From Plasmodiophora brassicae (Eukaryota), in NCBI GenBank assembly GCA_036867785.1, contig CP145421.1, forward strand, positions 558,001 to 622,000: a stretch of 64,000 nt of DNA, in the 5' to 3' direction. The position numbers were made by a program, and so were the translations under genes. Shown piece by piece: positions 52,435-63,354 of the stretch. Position 1 is the first letter of the stretch. The number at the start of each line of letters is the position of its first letter. The notes beneath the pieces were generated by a model. That model saw only the letters and a program-made list of their open reading frames with translations, had not been told where the DNA came from and ran no database searches.

Positions 52435-52840
52435 CTACTCCAGCATATCCTTGGAGGAATTGATGATGATGGCCCACCCGAAAGATGGGTTTGTTCGGTG
52501 TATCTTTCCTGATGCTTCGGACCTACATTGGTCTGCTTGACACAAATTCCGTGTGATGAAGACAGACCAATGTAGGTCCGAAGCATCACGAAAGATACAC
52601 CGGACAAATCCATCTTTCGGGTGGGCCATCATCATCAATTCCTCCAATTGTTGCTTCAACCGTTCGAAACAGCGCGTATGTTCCTCATTCCATCCAACCG
52701 ACACAGCTCGGCGAACCAGACTCTCGCCATGAACGAGCGCGGTCGCTTGTTCCATCGCAGCGAACCAGTCAATTGAGATGCAATAGGCGGCAGCGTCAAT
52801 GCATCTCCCGGCGGGAGGCGCTGCAGTGCCGTCGCCCACG
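52435..52840 (-). mobile_element. Degenerate Ty3/gypsy LTR-retrotransposon pol fragment (RT connection / RNase H start)
   Basis: WNEEHTRCFERLKQQLEELMMMAHPKDGFVRCIFRDASDLHWSVFIT matches the W....F..LK..L.....LA.P......TDAS..GW pattern of Ty3/gypsy pol. Confidence 0.75.
52451..52647. repeat. Long inverted repeat: 85-bp arms (52451-52535 / 52563-52647), 27-nt spacer
   Basis: By manual comparison the arms match at 82 of 85 positions. Confidence 0.92.
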
Positions 52841-52853
52841 CCGCGCTCTGGAG

Positions 52854-53037
52854 ACGCCCGACCCTACACCCAGCTGACGAAAGAAGAGTACCGCAGGTGT
52901 CTGAAATTATAGTTCTTCCACCCATTCGTTAGTTTCTACCGCCGATTAGAACACTGTTCGCGATGTTTACCATGGCCAGTAACGCCCGACCCTACACCCA
53001 GCTGACGAAAGAAGAGTACCCCCCCCCCCCCCCCCCC
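52854..53037 (+). repeat. 39-bp direct repeat (52854-52892, 52982-53020) ending in a C19 homopolymer (53019-53037)
   Basis: acgcccgaccctacacccagctgacgaaagaagagtacc occurs twice, and the second copy runs into poly-C. Confidence 0.85.
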
Positions 53038-53620
53038 TCCGTTTCATCTGAAGAGTCCGATCCCACCGCGTTTTACGGATTCCGATGCCTGTTTTCACGC
53101 CTGAACACCACGTACCAGTCTTGGCGCTCGAACGATGTCACTTTGGCAGCTGGAGCCTTCCATGCATTCCCATGAGATAATCGAATCGAATCCTCCAATA
53201 CGGGTTTACTGATCTGTCGTTTGGCATTGCGCGCAGATTCGTCGCAGATTCGTCGCACTGGATATAATAGCTATCAGAACCGTAATTTGTCGACACGGGT
53301 GCGCGTTGTGCATGCGTGGAGGTTTGCGGGCGCTTCGTGCTTAACTTGCTGACGACCATGTTGTCAGATGGCGCGCGGATCGCTATGTCTTTGTAGGCGC
53401 CAACCGGCAAAAGGTAAAACTGGAAGCGAAGCCATGTCATAAGAGATATGCTGTCGGAATGATAACAGTCTGGCCGGCCTATCGATAGTGGGACGAAAGT
53501 CGCTTTTGATGTAAATCAGCCTATAACGTACCTATACTACGAGTTGGACAATAGGATACGGATCATGTATTGATAGCGCCCGGACGTCCAGTAACAGACG
53601 GTGCACACAGCTTGGCCCCA

Positions 53621-54951
53621 TTACGCAGCTAGGCTGAGCCGGGATGACGAATCACCAAGCGCATCGCAGATACGACTATGACAGGGGCACAGGTAAGGCA
53701 TCGAGTGCAGGACACCAACACCCCCGACTAGGTAAAATACCTTCTGGGAATAGGCTCACACAATACATACAGGAAGTTTCCACAGCACCCTCGGTCGTAG
53801 GGATTCGTCGCATTCCTGTATACCTCCCGAAGCTGTCGTAAGGTTCGATTAGACAGGTCTGCCGGGCCTCGGACTCGGTTCACCTACGTGTTCGTTTGTC
53901 GTTTGTCCTTTCACGGTGATCCAGAAATGATAACACGACATTGACAGCAACCCAAAGACGAAGCAACACGAGAATATGAAGAACGAGACTATGGCCGGGG
54001 CTCTGGAGAACGTGCCTATCACGACATCAACACCGGATCCTGTACCGGACTGTCGGACGGCTGTGAGGAACGCAACGACAACAACGGCAATGTCAAGAAC
54101 AAGCAGGGCCGTGGTTGTGAAGAGGAACCCCAGAAACGTTCGGTAATTTCGCTGACCGACACATGTACCTGCACGGCGCCGATTCAGCAGTGTCATTCGC
54201 CGAAGCCACTGGTGTCCCCTACCGATCCAGCCGCAATGGTGGTCAAAGCGAATTACACCTGAGAAACCGGCGACCGTTCAGAAGCCTAGCACAATATGAC
54301 GCAACCGTTCTGTAGTAGCCCGGACTCACAATTATCACATAGCCGGCAATGTTTCGCTCGAGGGGGTCGCCAAATGTTACAAGTCTCACAGTACTTGTGT
54401 GAGGGGCCAGCAGCAGTGACCTGAAAGTCCTCGGGCGGTTCCGCGCTTCCGTTCGACGGCTATCATGGGCACAGATCAGCAATTGCGACATCGGACGCGG
54501 CTGTGCTTGTCTTACGCCTTTGGGGATGACACCCGGATCAGAAAACGCGGTCGTGACCAGAAATATCGTCGATACAAATGCAAGACAACTGCACGTAAGA
54601 ACGGCCCATAGTCCAACCGATTGCGCCCTGACAGCGATTGACATTCAGACGACGCGCATGCAGCAACCGATGTCCGGCAGACCGACACGTATAGCGCAAA
54701 CAGGACGTGGGCAGCGACCAGCAGGACCAAGGTACCAACGGCGGCGGCCGGCTGCGACCCGACCACGACCCGGCCGGCGCAACCGGCCCGGATGTTGCCG
54801 ACGCGTCTCATGGGGCGCGGCGGGCGTCCCCGCAATGTGCGACCACGGTCCGCCTACCTATACAATACGATTATGACGGATTACCACGACCTGCGAGTCG
54901 CCACCACCACGCCCGCCACCGGATCGTCCCCCGGCCGCGAATGATCCGCAT
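53621..54951 (-). CDS. DHHC-type protein S-palmitoyltransferase, multi-exon (start uncertain)
   Basis: Spliced sequence gives [54 protein letters not shown] and NPYDRG motifs, with TM helices. Confidence 0.9.
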
Positions 54952-55133
54952 CGTAATCCCGTGACTCACCGTCTGCAGCTAACAGTATGGCGCCTGTGAG
55001 AACTGCAGACATGGAACGACGGGCCACTCGCGATGGATAGTGAATGCGCGCTGTAGTGAATTTGGAGGGCGGCTTCACGGCAGACATGGCGGGGCGGCGC
55101 GCGCCCTGATAAGTAAAGCGCGACGCGACGCGT

Positions 55134-56499
55134 TTAGATAAAGTTGTCCTCGTCGTCGAAGTATTCGTCCTCCATGGTGCCGAAGTCGACCTTGTACCGA
55201 AGGAGGCCGCCGAGGCCGCCGAATCCCTTGCAGAACTGCGACCCTTCCTGCGACCGGTCGGTGACGAACTCGAGGGTCGTGCCGAAGTCCTTGTAGTGGT
55301 TCGCCATCCACTCCAGGAACGAGACCGGCTCGTCAGCGACCTCGAGTTCCGCACCGGTCGATTGGTCCACAAAGTTCGCCGAATTGTTTCTTTGCTCGGA
55401 CGTCAGGTGGATGACAGTCTTCTCGCCGGTGCTCCCGTTGCGAATCTCGTACCGCCACAGGTCCAGGTTCTCCCACACGATCAGCGTCTCGACGGCGCCC
55501 ATCTCGAGTCCCCTCAGCGTGTCAACGACACCGAAGCAGTACTTCCCAGTGTCCTGCGAGATCTCTGAGAAGAACGCCGCAAGCAATCGCTTCTCGTGGA
55601 TGAATTTGACATTCGCCAGACTGTCCGCAGCCAGCTCGATGGCCTGGTTGAACCCGTTCTCGCCTCCGTACGACACGTCGACGATCTTGACAACGATCGG
55701 GCGCAGTCGCTGATCGAACATGTCGGACGAATTGAGTTGCGACTTGAACTCAGCTGAACCGGCCAGCACCAATCCGGCCACGTTCGGCTTGTCGTTCGTA
55801 ATGAACAACTGCGTCATCGTCTCGGCGACCTTTCGGACGTAGTTGTGTCGTTTCTCGAGACGAAGACGTCCGAAACGCATGGCGGACTGACCACCACGGC
55901 CGTGCTTCTTCGGGAGATCGACTGCGAACTTGTGCAGCACTCGTCTGGTGTTACCCGAAAGCGTCCCGAACAGGCACCCGTTGCCGTCCATGACTACAAA
56001 GCCGAACTTGGCGTCCGACTCCAGGAGCTCGTTCAGCGGCTCGGTATGGAACTTGCTGTCGCAGAGGTACAGAGACGTGTTGATGGGCTTAAAAGGCGTG
56101 AAGTCAAAGAACGATTTCTTCTCCTTCCCATCCTCGGTGATGACCGTGCCACAGTATATCACGAGGCCGTTCGCCGGTACGCGATTGTAAAGTTTCAGTC
56201 TCTGCATCGTGGACGTGATCGCGCCCAGAACGGACAGACGATTGACGCGTGACTTGATGTTCGTCGCCGTTCCCAGCTCGTCGTTCAACATTTTCGTGAC
56301 ACGCGAGATCTGATCGCCGGGCGGGATGATCAACGAGATCATGCTGGTCCCATTCCTACACAACGACCGCGTCAGCAGCGCCACAGACAGCGTCCCGTGC
56401 AACGGCACCGTACCCTCTGGCCTGCTCAAGTTTCTGTATCAGCTTCCTGATCTTCCATTGCTCGACGGCCTTGTCGCCTTCCTCGTCGACGCTCGCCAT
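55134..56499 (-). CDS. ETF1: Eukaryotic peptide chain release factor subunit 1 (eRF1), 2 exons
   Basis: [47 protein letters not shown]. Confidence 0.97.
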
Positions 56500-56610
56500 C
56501 GCGACTCAGGAACCACCACAGACAGATCCCGCACGAATCTGCCGCACAGATCCGCGACGGACTCCGTGAGCAACGACGTTGTTGGAGACTATAGGACGAA
56601 CGGCGCTATT

Positions 56611-57210
56611 TTATGCTAAACTCGTGGGCGCGTGACCGCCATCGGTCGGAAGCACCTCGGGGAACGCGACGCGCATCATTTCCATGAAATCGGGCATGCT
56701 GACGCGGCCGTTGCGATCGCCGCGGTTATCGGCCTCCATCAGCATGGCCCTGGCGTCCTCGTCGGCAAGCGGGTCGCCCCCCAATTCCGACATGGCGCGC
56801 TGCAGGTCGCTCTGCGTTAGTAAACCTTTCGAGTCCGTATCGATCAGACGGAACGCATCTTGGAGTTGCTGCCAAGTCAGCGCCTCGTGCTTGCCGCCCT
56901 TCTTCTTCGTCGGCGTTTTTCGCTTCTTTCTGACCGGCTTCTGCGAAACGGCTTCCGTATCATCTTTCGCAGGCTGCGACGGGGACTGGCTGTCTGGAGC
57001 AGCGCTGCCGCTGCTGGCCCTTCTTGCCGACGCACTCCCACCCCTCGAGGTCCTCCTTCGCGGCCGATTCTCGACAGACGAATCGTCGCTGTCGTCGGCG
57101 CCCCCGCTTTCGTCGCGGAACTCGCTATCGTTATCGCTCTCCCCGCGGTCTTCGATAGGGGGCGGCGCCCGGCGAGCTGCAGCGCGGCGCGCCCGGAGCC
57201 GACCGAGCAT
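56611..57210 (-). CDS. EF-hand protein (one centrin/calmodulin-like EF-hand pair) with disordered charged N-terminus
   Basis: DAFRLIDTDSKGLLTQSDLQRAM...AMLMEADNRGDRNGRVSMPDFMEMM; the basic RKKRKTPTKKK could be an NLS. Confidence 0.75.
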   Translation of the reverse strand: MLGRLRARRAAARRAPPPIEDRGESDNDSEFRDESGGADDSDDSSVENRPRRRTSRGGSASARRASSGSAAPDSQSPSQPAKDDTEAVSQKPVRKKRKTPTKKKGGKHEALTWQQLQDAFRLIDTDSKGLLTQSDLQRAMSELGGDPLADEDARAMLMEADNRGDRNGRVSMPDFMEMMRVAFPEVLPTDGGHAPTSLA

Positions 57211-57417
57211 GGTGGGTTGCACACCGCAGCGAGAGATTCCGTCGACAGCGACCCGCAATCCGCGCGGGCACGTCGGCAGCAAAAAACGCAGTGGGCAAAA
57301 ACAGTGCAGCTCCTCCCTGTCTGTTCGGTCCGGGTGTGTCGACACGGCGCGGCAGTCAGCGCTACGTTGGCGCTCCCGCAGAGTAGTAGTGCCTAATCGT
57401 TGGGGCGACAACGGTCG

Positions 57418-59490
57418 ATGCAGCTGGTGCTGATCTGCGGCCGGCAACGGCACGCGTGCGAGTTGGGCGCCGGAACGCGCGTCGCTGACGTCCGGCGGAT
57501 CGCCAGCGAGGCGTTCGGGTTGGATCGGGGGACGCTGAAGCTGGTCGGCTGGGCGAACCGGTCGGATTCCGACGAGATCCCTATTCGAGGTAGCGTGTTG
57601 GATGTATATCGCAAGGTGGTTGGCCTAACACTGCGACAGCCAGCGGGAAACCCCTGAAGGTCAACGTAATTGGAAGTGCAACGCATGTCGTGGAAAGCGT
57701 TCGCCAGGCATCGGAGGTACAGAGGGTAGCGGATGAAGAAGCGAAGCGGCTTGAGAAATTCGAAGAAGAGCGCCGACGCCTGCGGGAGGTTGCTGAGGCA
57801 GAGCGTCGGGCTGCAGAAACAGCTGCGTTGGCTGAGCGCAGAGCGGCAGAAGAGGCCGAACGGCAACGTCGGCGTGCTGAACTTGAAGAGCAACGCCGAG
57901 CGCAGATGCTTGCTAGGCAACTCGAACGTATTCATCGTCTGCCACAGGATCCACAACAGACACCTGACCACCTCTTTCGCATAGTGAATGGTCCACTTCG
58001 GCGTGTACTGCGATGTGCTGAGCCGATCGGGGAACCCTGCGAACCCAATATCCAGTTCAACCGACAGGTTCGTATTCCCCGCGAAGATCCTGTGTGCGAT
58101 TGTGGGAAGTCATTCATGCCCGTAGGCCGAGCTGCCCCCCGAGATACTGGAAGCGGCCATGGACCCGGAGCGAACCACTCCACTGCTGCCGCTCTTCCTC
58201 GTCTTGCGGAATGAGGACCGCGTGTATTATGTCGGCGTCAGTGAATTCTCTGCTGCTCCAGGGTCGATACGACTGCCGCCCGCTGCAATGAAGGATCTCC
58301 AGGTGGCGGTTGGACAATCCTGTTCGTATGTGCGTATGCATGGTGTCCTAGTCGACCCTCTGATACGGCTTTCTTCATAGTGTCCCTTGAATCAATTTCT
58401 CCTGTGCAAGGCGAAAGCGTTGCGATCCGCCCCCTGGATGAAACGTTCTTCTGGATTGAACCATCTGAACGCGCTGCACTGCTGGAGTTTGAACTTCGCC
58501 AGCGGCAGCTGGTTGTGGAAGGAGAAATTCTTGATTTGTATTACTTGGGGGGTCTCTTTCAAGTCGTCGTTGAGACCACACGTCCCGGTAACCCGATCTC
58601 GATTATTAACACCGACCTGGTAACCGAGATACTTCAACCACTGAATCCTGCCCCCATCAGAGCAGTGCCCGTAGATGGATCGTGCATTGTTCCTGACATT
58701 CCCGAGTCGCAGAGTAACGTGATGACATTCGTGGTCGACGGGCGTGTACCTCAGCAGTTGAATGTTCAGTGTCGGTTTGCTACCGGCGACTGCGACCTGT
58801 ACATATCGTCTACAACAAGGGAGCCGTCCCCTGCAAATTTTGACGTCTGCTTCCAAGCGGCTGGTGAGGCATCAGTTACCCATGAGTTTGTCCCTGGCCG
58901 GTACTTCGTCGCCATCCATGCGTGGACTGCTGCGACAGGCGTGGAGCTGACGATTCGCCCAGCCGAAAAGACAACCGGGTATGCGATGGACGCGACGGTG
59001 AATACCGAGAATATGTCGACGTGCCCTAATTGCCGTCGACCAATCCCGGCTCCATCGCTTCAGCTCCATTCTTTGCAATGCTCTCGAACCATGTACTTTT
59101 GCGAGAAGTGCTCCCGGGCCCTGAGCCGCACCGAGCGAGCCAAACATGATGCATTGCAGCACTCACAAATGCATTGCGAATGCGGGTTCGTTGCTGAGCA
59201 GGCCGCTCTAATGGTCCATCGACGCGAACAGTGCAAATTCCGCCCTACTTCATGTATCTACTGTCCAATGCGCGTCCATCAGGTCCAGAGAGGTCCTCAC
59301 CAGCAGATATGCGGATTACGTGATTCCACATGCCGAATCTGCTATCAGCAGTTCAAACGCAAAGGTAGCCAGACCCGTCTTGCTCATGTTTCCCTGTCTG
59401 AGCGTGCGGATGCTAGAGATCCGTCGGCACATGGAACGGGAGCATAACATTGACCCAAGGACGGTTACGGCTCACGACATTCATAGATAA
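57418..59490 (+). CDS. UFD1-domain protein with N-terminal ubiquitin-like segment, coiled coil, beta-sandwich and C-terminal TRAF-type zinc fingers
   Basis: UFD1-like PLLPLFLVL...YYVGVSEFSAAPGSIRLP and ALLEFELRQ...ISIINTDLVTEI; GDCDLYIS (PPC-like); C/H-rich repeats CPNC...LHSLQC, CEKC, CECG, CIYC, CRIC. Confidence 0.8.
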
Positions 59491-59548
59491 ATAATAATAC
59501 TGAGCAGTATATCGACTTGAGAACGAAGAGCGCTAGCAGGCCAGGGCT

Positions 59549-62500
59549 TCAACATCGCGGCCTAGTTGAGCGAGCAACGGCGGAACGTCCAGACCGTCGA
59601 GCGTTACGATCGTCACCTGCGCAGATACGCGGGGACCGTCGCCGACCCGAATTCCCCGATTGTGGCTGCTGCTGCTGCTGCTGCTTGCGATGCTGCACGT
59701 CTTGCTCGATCTGCACCTGCGCATCCAATTGCGTCCTGTCGAACTCGGCTTCGATGAACTGCAGGTTCTGGATGAAGCCCATTGGCGTCGGTTTAGGACG
59801 CTGGTTTGCTCGAGGCCCCCAGCAGGTCGGAGGAGATGACCCCGGCGCTGACCCTGTAACCTGAGCGCCTCGGCTTTGTTCTTCGGACATAATCGACGCC
59901 AGCGAATGAACGCGTCCTGGCGGACAGGGTACCTGAGGCGTTGGAACCCGCTGCTGAGCAGACATCGTCGCCCATGGCGACCGTTTGGCAGGCGTCTTCG
60001 CCTGAGTCTCGGTCAGCGCTTCGCTCTGGATTTCGGCCAACGACTTCACTGCAGAGGCAGGGCGTTGACCCCAGGGTGATGCAGGCAGATTGTTGTCGGG
60101 GGACGGTCGCGACTGCATGTTAGGTCGCGGGCGAACCGGAAAAGGAGAGGACTGTGAGCCGGGTGTTCGGCTGCTCTTCGACTTCGACACGGTCGCCATA
60201 TAATCGACAAGACACACCGATGGCGACGATGACGGCACTGCTGGATGCTGCCTGGAAGTCATTGCCTTTGACACAGAACGCGGCTGTGTCGAGGGAGGTG
60301 ACATCACAACCATGGGCGGCGGCATTGGGGATACGATAGCAGGTGTCGAGACGCCAGGAGCGGGCTGCTTCAAAGGCGAACCAGTCACTGCCGCGTTGAC
60401 AAGCCTGACGGGTTGGGACGCATTCGCGGCCGCCTGCCCCCTAGAATGCTGCCCGGTGGGTGAAGAAATGGTCGGCAACGGCGGGGACGAGCCAATCTGG
60501 GAGGAAAGCAGCGGCGAACCAATCTGGTCCGATGTTCGGGACTTCGATCTCGAACGTCGAACCGTCGCCCACTGCGGTTCGACGTAATGGACGGGAACTG
60601 GGGAAGGCGACCGGCCGGGCTCTGAATCCGGAACCGACCAGCCTGCAGGAAGACGAGGTCCTTTCTTCGTGGCGGCACGTGGAGTGGGCTTGGGAACAGC
60701 TGCCTCTGCACCGGCCACAGGGTCGGCGCCCACGATGCTCAGCTCGTTGTTGTCGACGGGCACCGGGAGATCGGCGACAACGGGCTCAGGCTGAACAGGA
60801 ACGTTATCAGAGTCAATATCCGCAAGAAGGAGCTCCTCTGGTAGCGACGCAAGAGCGCCTTGGCACTGTTGCAAGTAGACTCGCAGGGCATCTCGCAGCT
60901 TCAGCTTGTCGCATTGCTCCTTGTTAAGCAGTTCACCTCGGGCCTTCCTTTCGGAAAGGATGGCTATCTGTGAGAGCTTCTTCGATAACGAACGGATCTT
61001 GGCCTTGAGATGCTTCGGGTGCCGAGGGATAAACCATTCCAGTTCCAGTTCGTCATCGTTCGCATCCTGAGAACGGGGAACAGCATGGTTGCAGTAGCAC
61101 AACACAGCAGGTGCTACGACACGTTCGCGGTAAACACGTTCGAGGAACGCAACCTCATACGGAGTCAGGTCTCGAAGCGCAGACACTAGCATCGACTCAG
61201 CATTCTCGACGATGAACGCAGCACAATAGTCGGCAAGGTCAGTCGTGCCGACGTTATGTGCAAACCTAAGCGCAGGTAAGACACGGCGCTCGTCGATACC
61301 CTGCTTGCACAAGAAACGCTCGCAGAGCTTGAACAAACTGGGGACACGGCTAGGCGTCTCCGAAGCCGGCAGATTGGGCAGTGGGGGAAGAACGAACTCT
61401 TGCGACACGGCCGTGCATCCGGGAGCGCATCGCACGTCGACCAGCGGACGGGGCTTGGACATGCGTTCCGGTTTGCTGACGCGATAACCAAGAGCAGCGG
61501 CATAGTGCTGAGGGGACGATGCGGTTTGCGGATTGTCGTGCTCCCAGTCGATCAGGTCGCCATGAACAGTGATGACAGCAGTGTGGTCCACAGCTGTCGA
61601 AGCGCGCACGACGAAGACGTCGCGAACGGTGCGAACAGGTCGCGGCGCGATGGGGCGCGAGCTAGAATCGATACAAGAACCTTTGACGGCTCGACTGGGC
61701 CACACCCAGAGTGTCCCATCGCTGATGACGGCAACGCTGTGCGTCTTACAGGTCGACACGTCGACAACGGTGGAACGACGTCCAGAACCTCGGTAACCCC
61801 GCGAGATTGGAACGCGATAGAAACGCGCCTCGCGACGCGTTTGCTCGAACAGCAGACCGTCAGATGTCTGAACCAACCAGTGCCCATTCGTTGTCAGCAT
61901 GCGGGCAACGTTGAGTCCGACGAGCGACTCGATCCTCGTCGGGTAGTAATCCGTGCCTTCGTCGCCCATGTGGTGTCCCAGCAGGAACGCTTCGCCATTG
62001 TCGGCAACGAGACACGTTCGGAACTTTGAGCACGATATCGACACAATCGTCGTACGACGCAGGCCCTTCTCGACACGTCGCGGAACGTCCGATTGCTGTT
62101 GCCCCTGGGACCTGCCGGCGCCCTCATGACCGAGGAACCCTTTGCCGCACGTGAACACATCGCCGCTGTCCATCAGAAAGACGGCATGCGTCAGGCAAAC
62201 GGCCACCGAGACGCACCGCCCCCGACTGGACAACCCGCCGACGGGTTCGGGTCGAATCCGGGTGACGTCGTCGCCCAGGCCAAGGCGACCGGCGCGGTTG
62301 ATGCCCCAGGTGTACACGGTGCCGGATTTGGAGATCGCAGCGCCACCGATTTCGCACAGGTCGAATGCGACAATGTCCTCGTTCAGAAGCGCGTCGATGG
62401 GTTTCGCGCGGGCCTGCACCGAAGCGTCGCTGACCGTGCCCAGCTGAAAATTCGTCGACGACCCGAACGACGAGATGACGTGACGTGAAGCGCCCGAGGT

Positions 62501-62869
62501 GTTCCGTCGCGAGTATCGCCATTCAATCAGGTCGAAGGGCGAGTTGCCTTCGTAGTCGACGGGGCCATGCTGCTGACCCTTATGCTTGAGCAGACGTTGC
62601 GCCGCCAAAAGCGCCCCACGATACACAGCGGCGTGGAGCGGCGTCCATCGCGACTCCCGATCGACGGCATGGACGTCGGCCCCGTGCGTCAGCAGGACAT
62701 CAATGCACGCGACAGCGTTGCGTGCCGACGCCAGATGCAACAGCGTCTGGCCACGCGAGTCGCGCGCCGTCAGAATCTCGGGATCGCGCGCGACCACCCT
62801 GTCAAGCGCGGCGCCGTCGTCGCAGTCAACAAGGTCGACGACGTCGTCGTTCAGCCAGGCGCCATTCAT
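59549..62869 (-). CDS. IBTK-like ankyrin-repeat / RCC1 protein
   Basis: Ankyrin repeats (GQTLLHLA, DRESRWTPLHAAVYRG), RCC1 repeats (FGSSTNFQLG, YTWGINRAGRLGLG), a BACK-like region SLFKLCERFL...LADYCAAFIVEN, and C-terminal SLAEIQSE-type motifs. Confidence 0.85.
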   Translation of the reverse strand: MNGAWLNDDVVDLVDCDDGAALDRVVARDPEILTARDSRGQTLLHLASARNAVACIDVLLTHGADVHAVDRESRWTPLHAAVYRGALLAAQRLLKHKGQQHGPVDYEGNSPFDLIEWRYSRRNTSGASRHVISSFGSSTNFQLGTVSDASVQARAKPIDALLNEDIVAFDLCEIGGAAISKSGTVYTWGINRAGRLGLGDDVTRIRPEPVGGLSSRGRCVSVAVCLTHAVFLMDSGDVFTCGKGFLGHEGAGRSQGQQQSDVPRRVEKGLRRTTIVSISCSKFRTCLVADNGEAFLLGHHMGDEGTDYYPTRIESLVGLNVARMLTTNGHWLVQTSDGLLFEQTRREARFYRVPISRGYRGSGRRSTVVDVSTCKTHSVAVISDGTLWVWPSRAVKGSCIDSSSRPIAPRPVRTVRDVFVVRASTAVDHTAVITVHGDLIDWEHDNPQTASSPQHYAAALGYRVSKPERMSKPRPLVDVRCAPGCTAVSQEFVLPPLPNLPASETPSRVPSLFKLCERFLCKQGIDERRVLPALRFAHNVGTTDLADYCAAFIVENAESMLVSALRDLTPYEVAFLERVYRERVVAPAVLCYCNHAVPRSQDANDDELELEWFIPRHPKHLKAKIRSLSKKLSQIAILSERKARGELLNKEQCDKLKLRDALRVYLQQCQGALASLPEELLLADIDSDNVPVQPEPVVADLPVPVDNNELSIVGADPVAGAEAAVPKPTPRAATKKGPRLPAGWSVPDSEPGRSPSPVPVHYVEPQWATVRRSRSKSRTSDQIGSPLLSSQIGSSPPLPTISSPTGQHSRGQAAANASQPVRLVNAAVTGSPLKQPAPGVSTPAIVSPMPPPMVVMSPPSTQPRSVSKAMTSRQHPAVPSSSPSVCLVDYMATVSKSKSSRTPGSQSSPFPVRPRPNMQSRPSPDNNLPASPWGQRPASAVKSLAEIQSEALTETQAKTPAKRSPWATMSAQQRVPTPQVPCPPGRVHSLASIMSEEQSRGAQVTGSAPGSSPPTCWGPRANQRPKPTPMGFIQNLQFIEAEFDRTQLDAQVQIEQDVQHRKQQQQQQPQSGNSGRRRSPRICAGDDRNARRSGRSAVARSTRPRC

Positions 62870-63354
62870 GGCTGCCGCCGCCGGGATCGTCCCGCGTCGC
62901 GCCCCGCGGAGTGTCCCGACCACCACCACTGACGCATCCGCCGCCCCCCGATTTAGACCGCCCACCATTCCTCTTGTCCACCTACACCTAATATTAGTGC
63001 TTGGAGTGGGTCGCCGACGACGGCTCCTCGCCCGGCAATGAGGTGCACGGCCAACAGCCCACTGCCCACCTGCCAACGACAACGCGCTGACGGCGCAGTC
63101 CTGGACCGGGGCGGTGTTCGTCTCCGCGTAACGTAAGCCGGCAGCCCGCGCCTCACGCTTCTGTGCCGTCTGTCGCGCCCGACGGTTCGTCGTTCCCCTC
63201 CTGGTTCCCAGCCGGACGTGTGGACTGAACGGGGTTCGAGGCGAGTCACACCACGTTCCAGAGCGATGGCGGCGGTCGGCAGAAGTGGAGTAAAAAGCGC
63301 AGCGGCGCCGCCGGGGCGGAGTCCGTGGCGGAGTTGCAGTCATTTGCAGACGCC

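Noticed and set aside
59664-59686. Trinucleotide microsatellites here and at ~49965-49992 and ~50480-50498
   Set aside because: They are ordinary coding poly-Q, poly-N and poly-T tracts.
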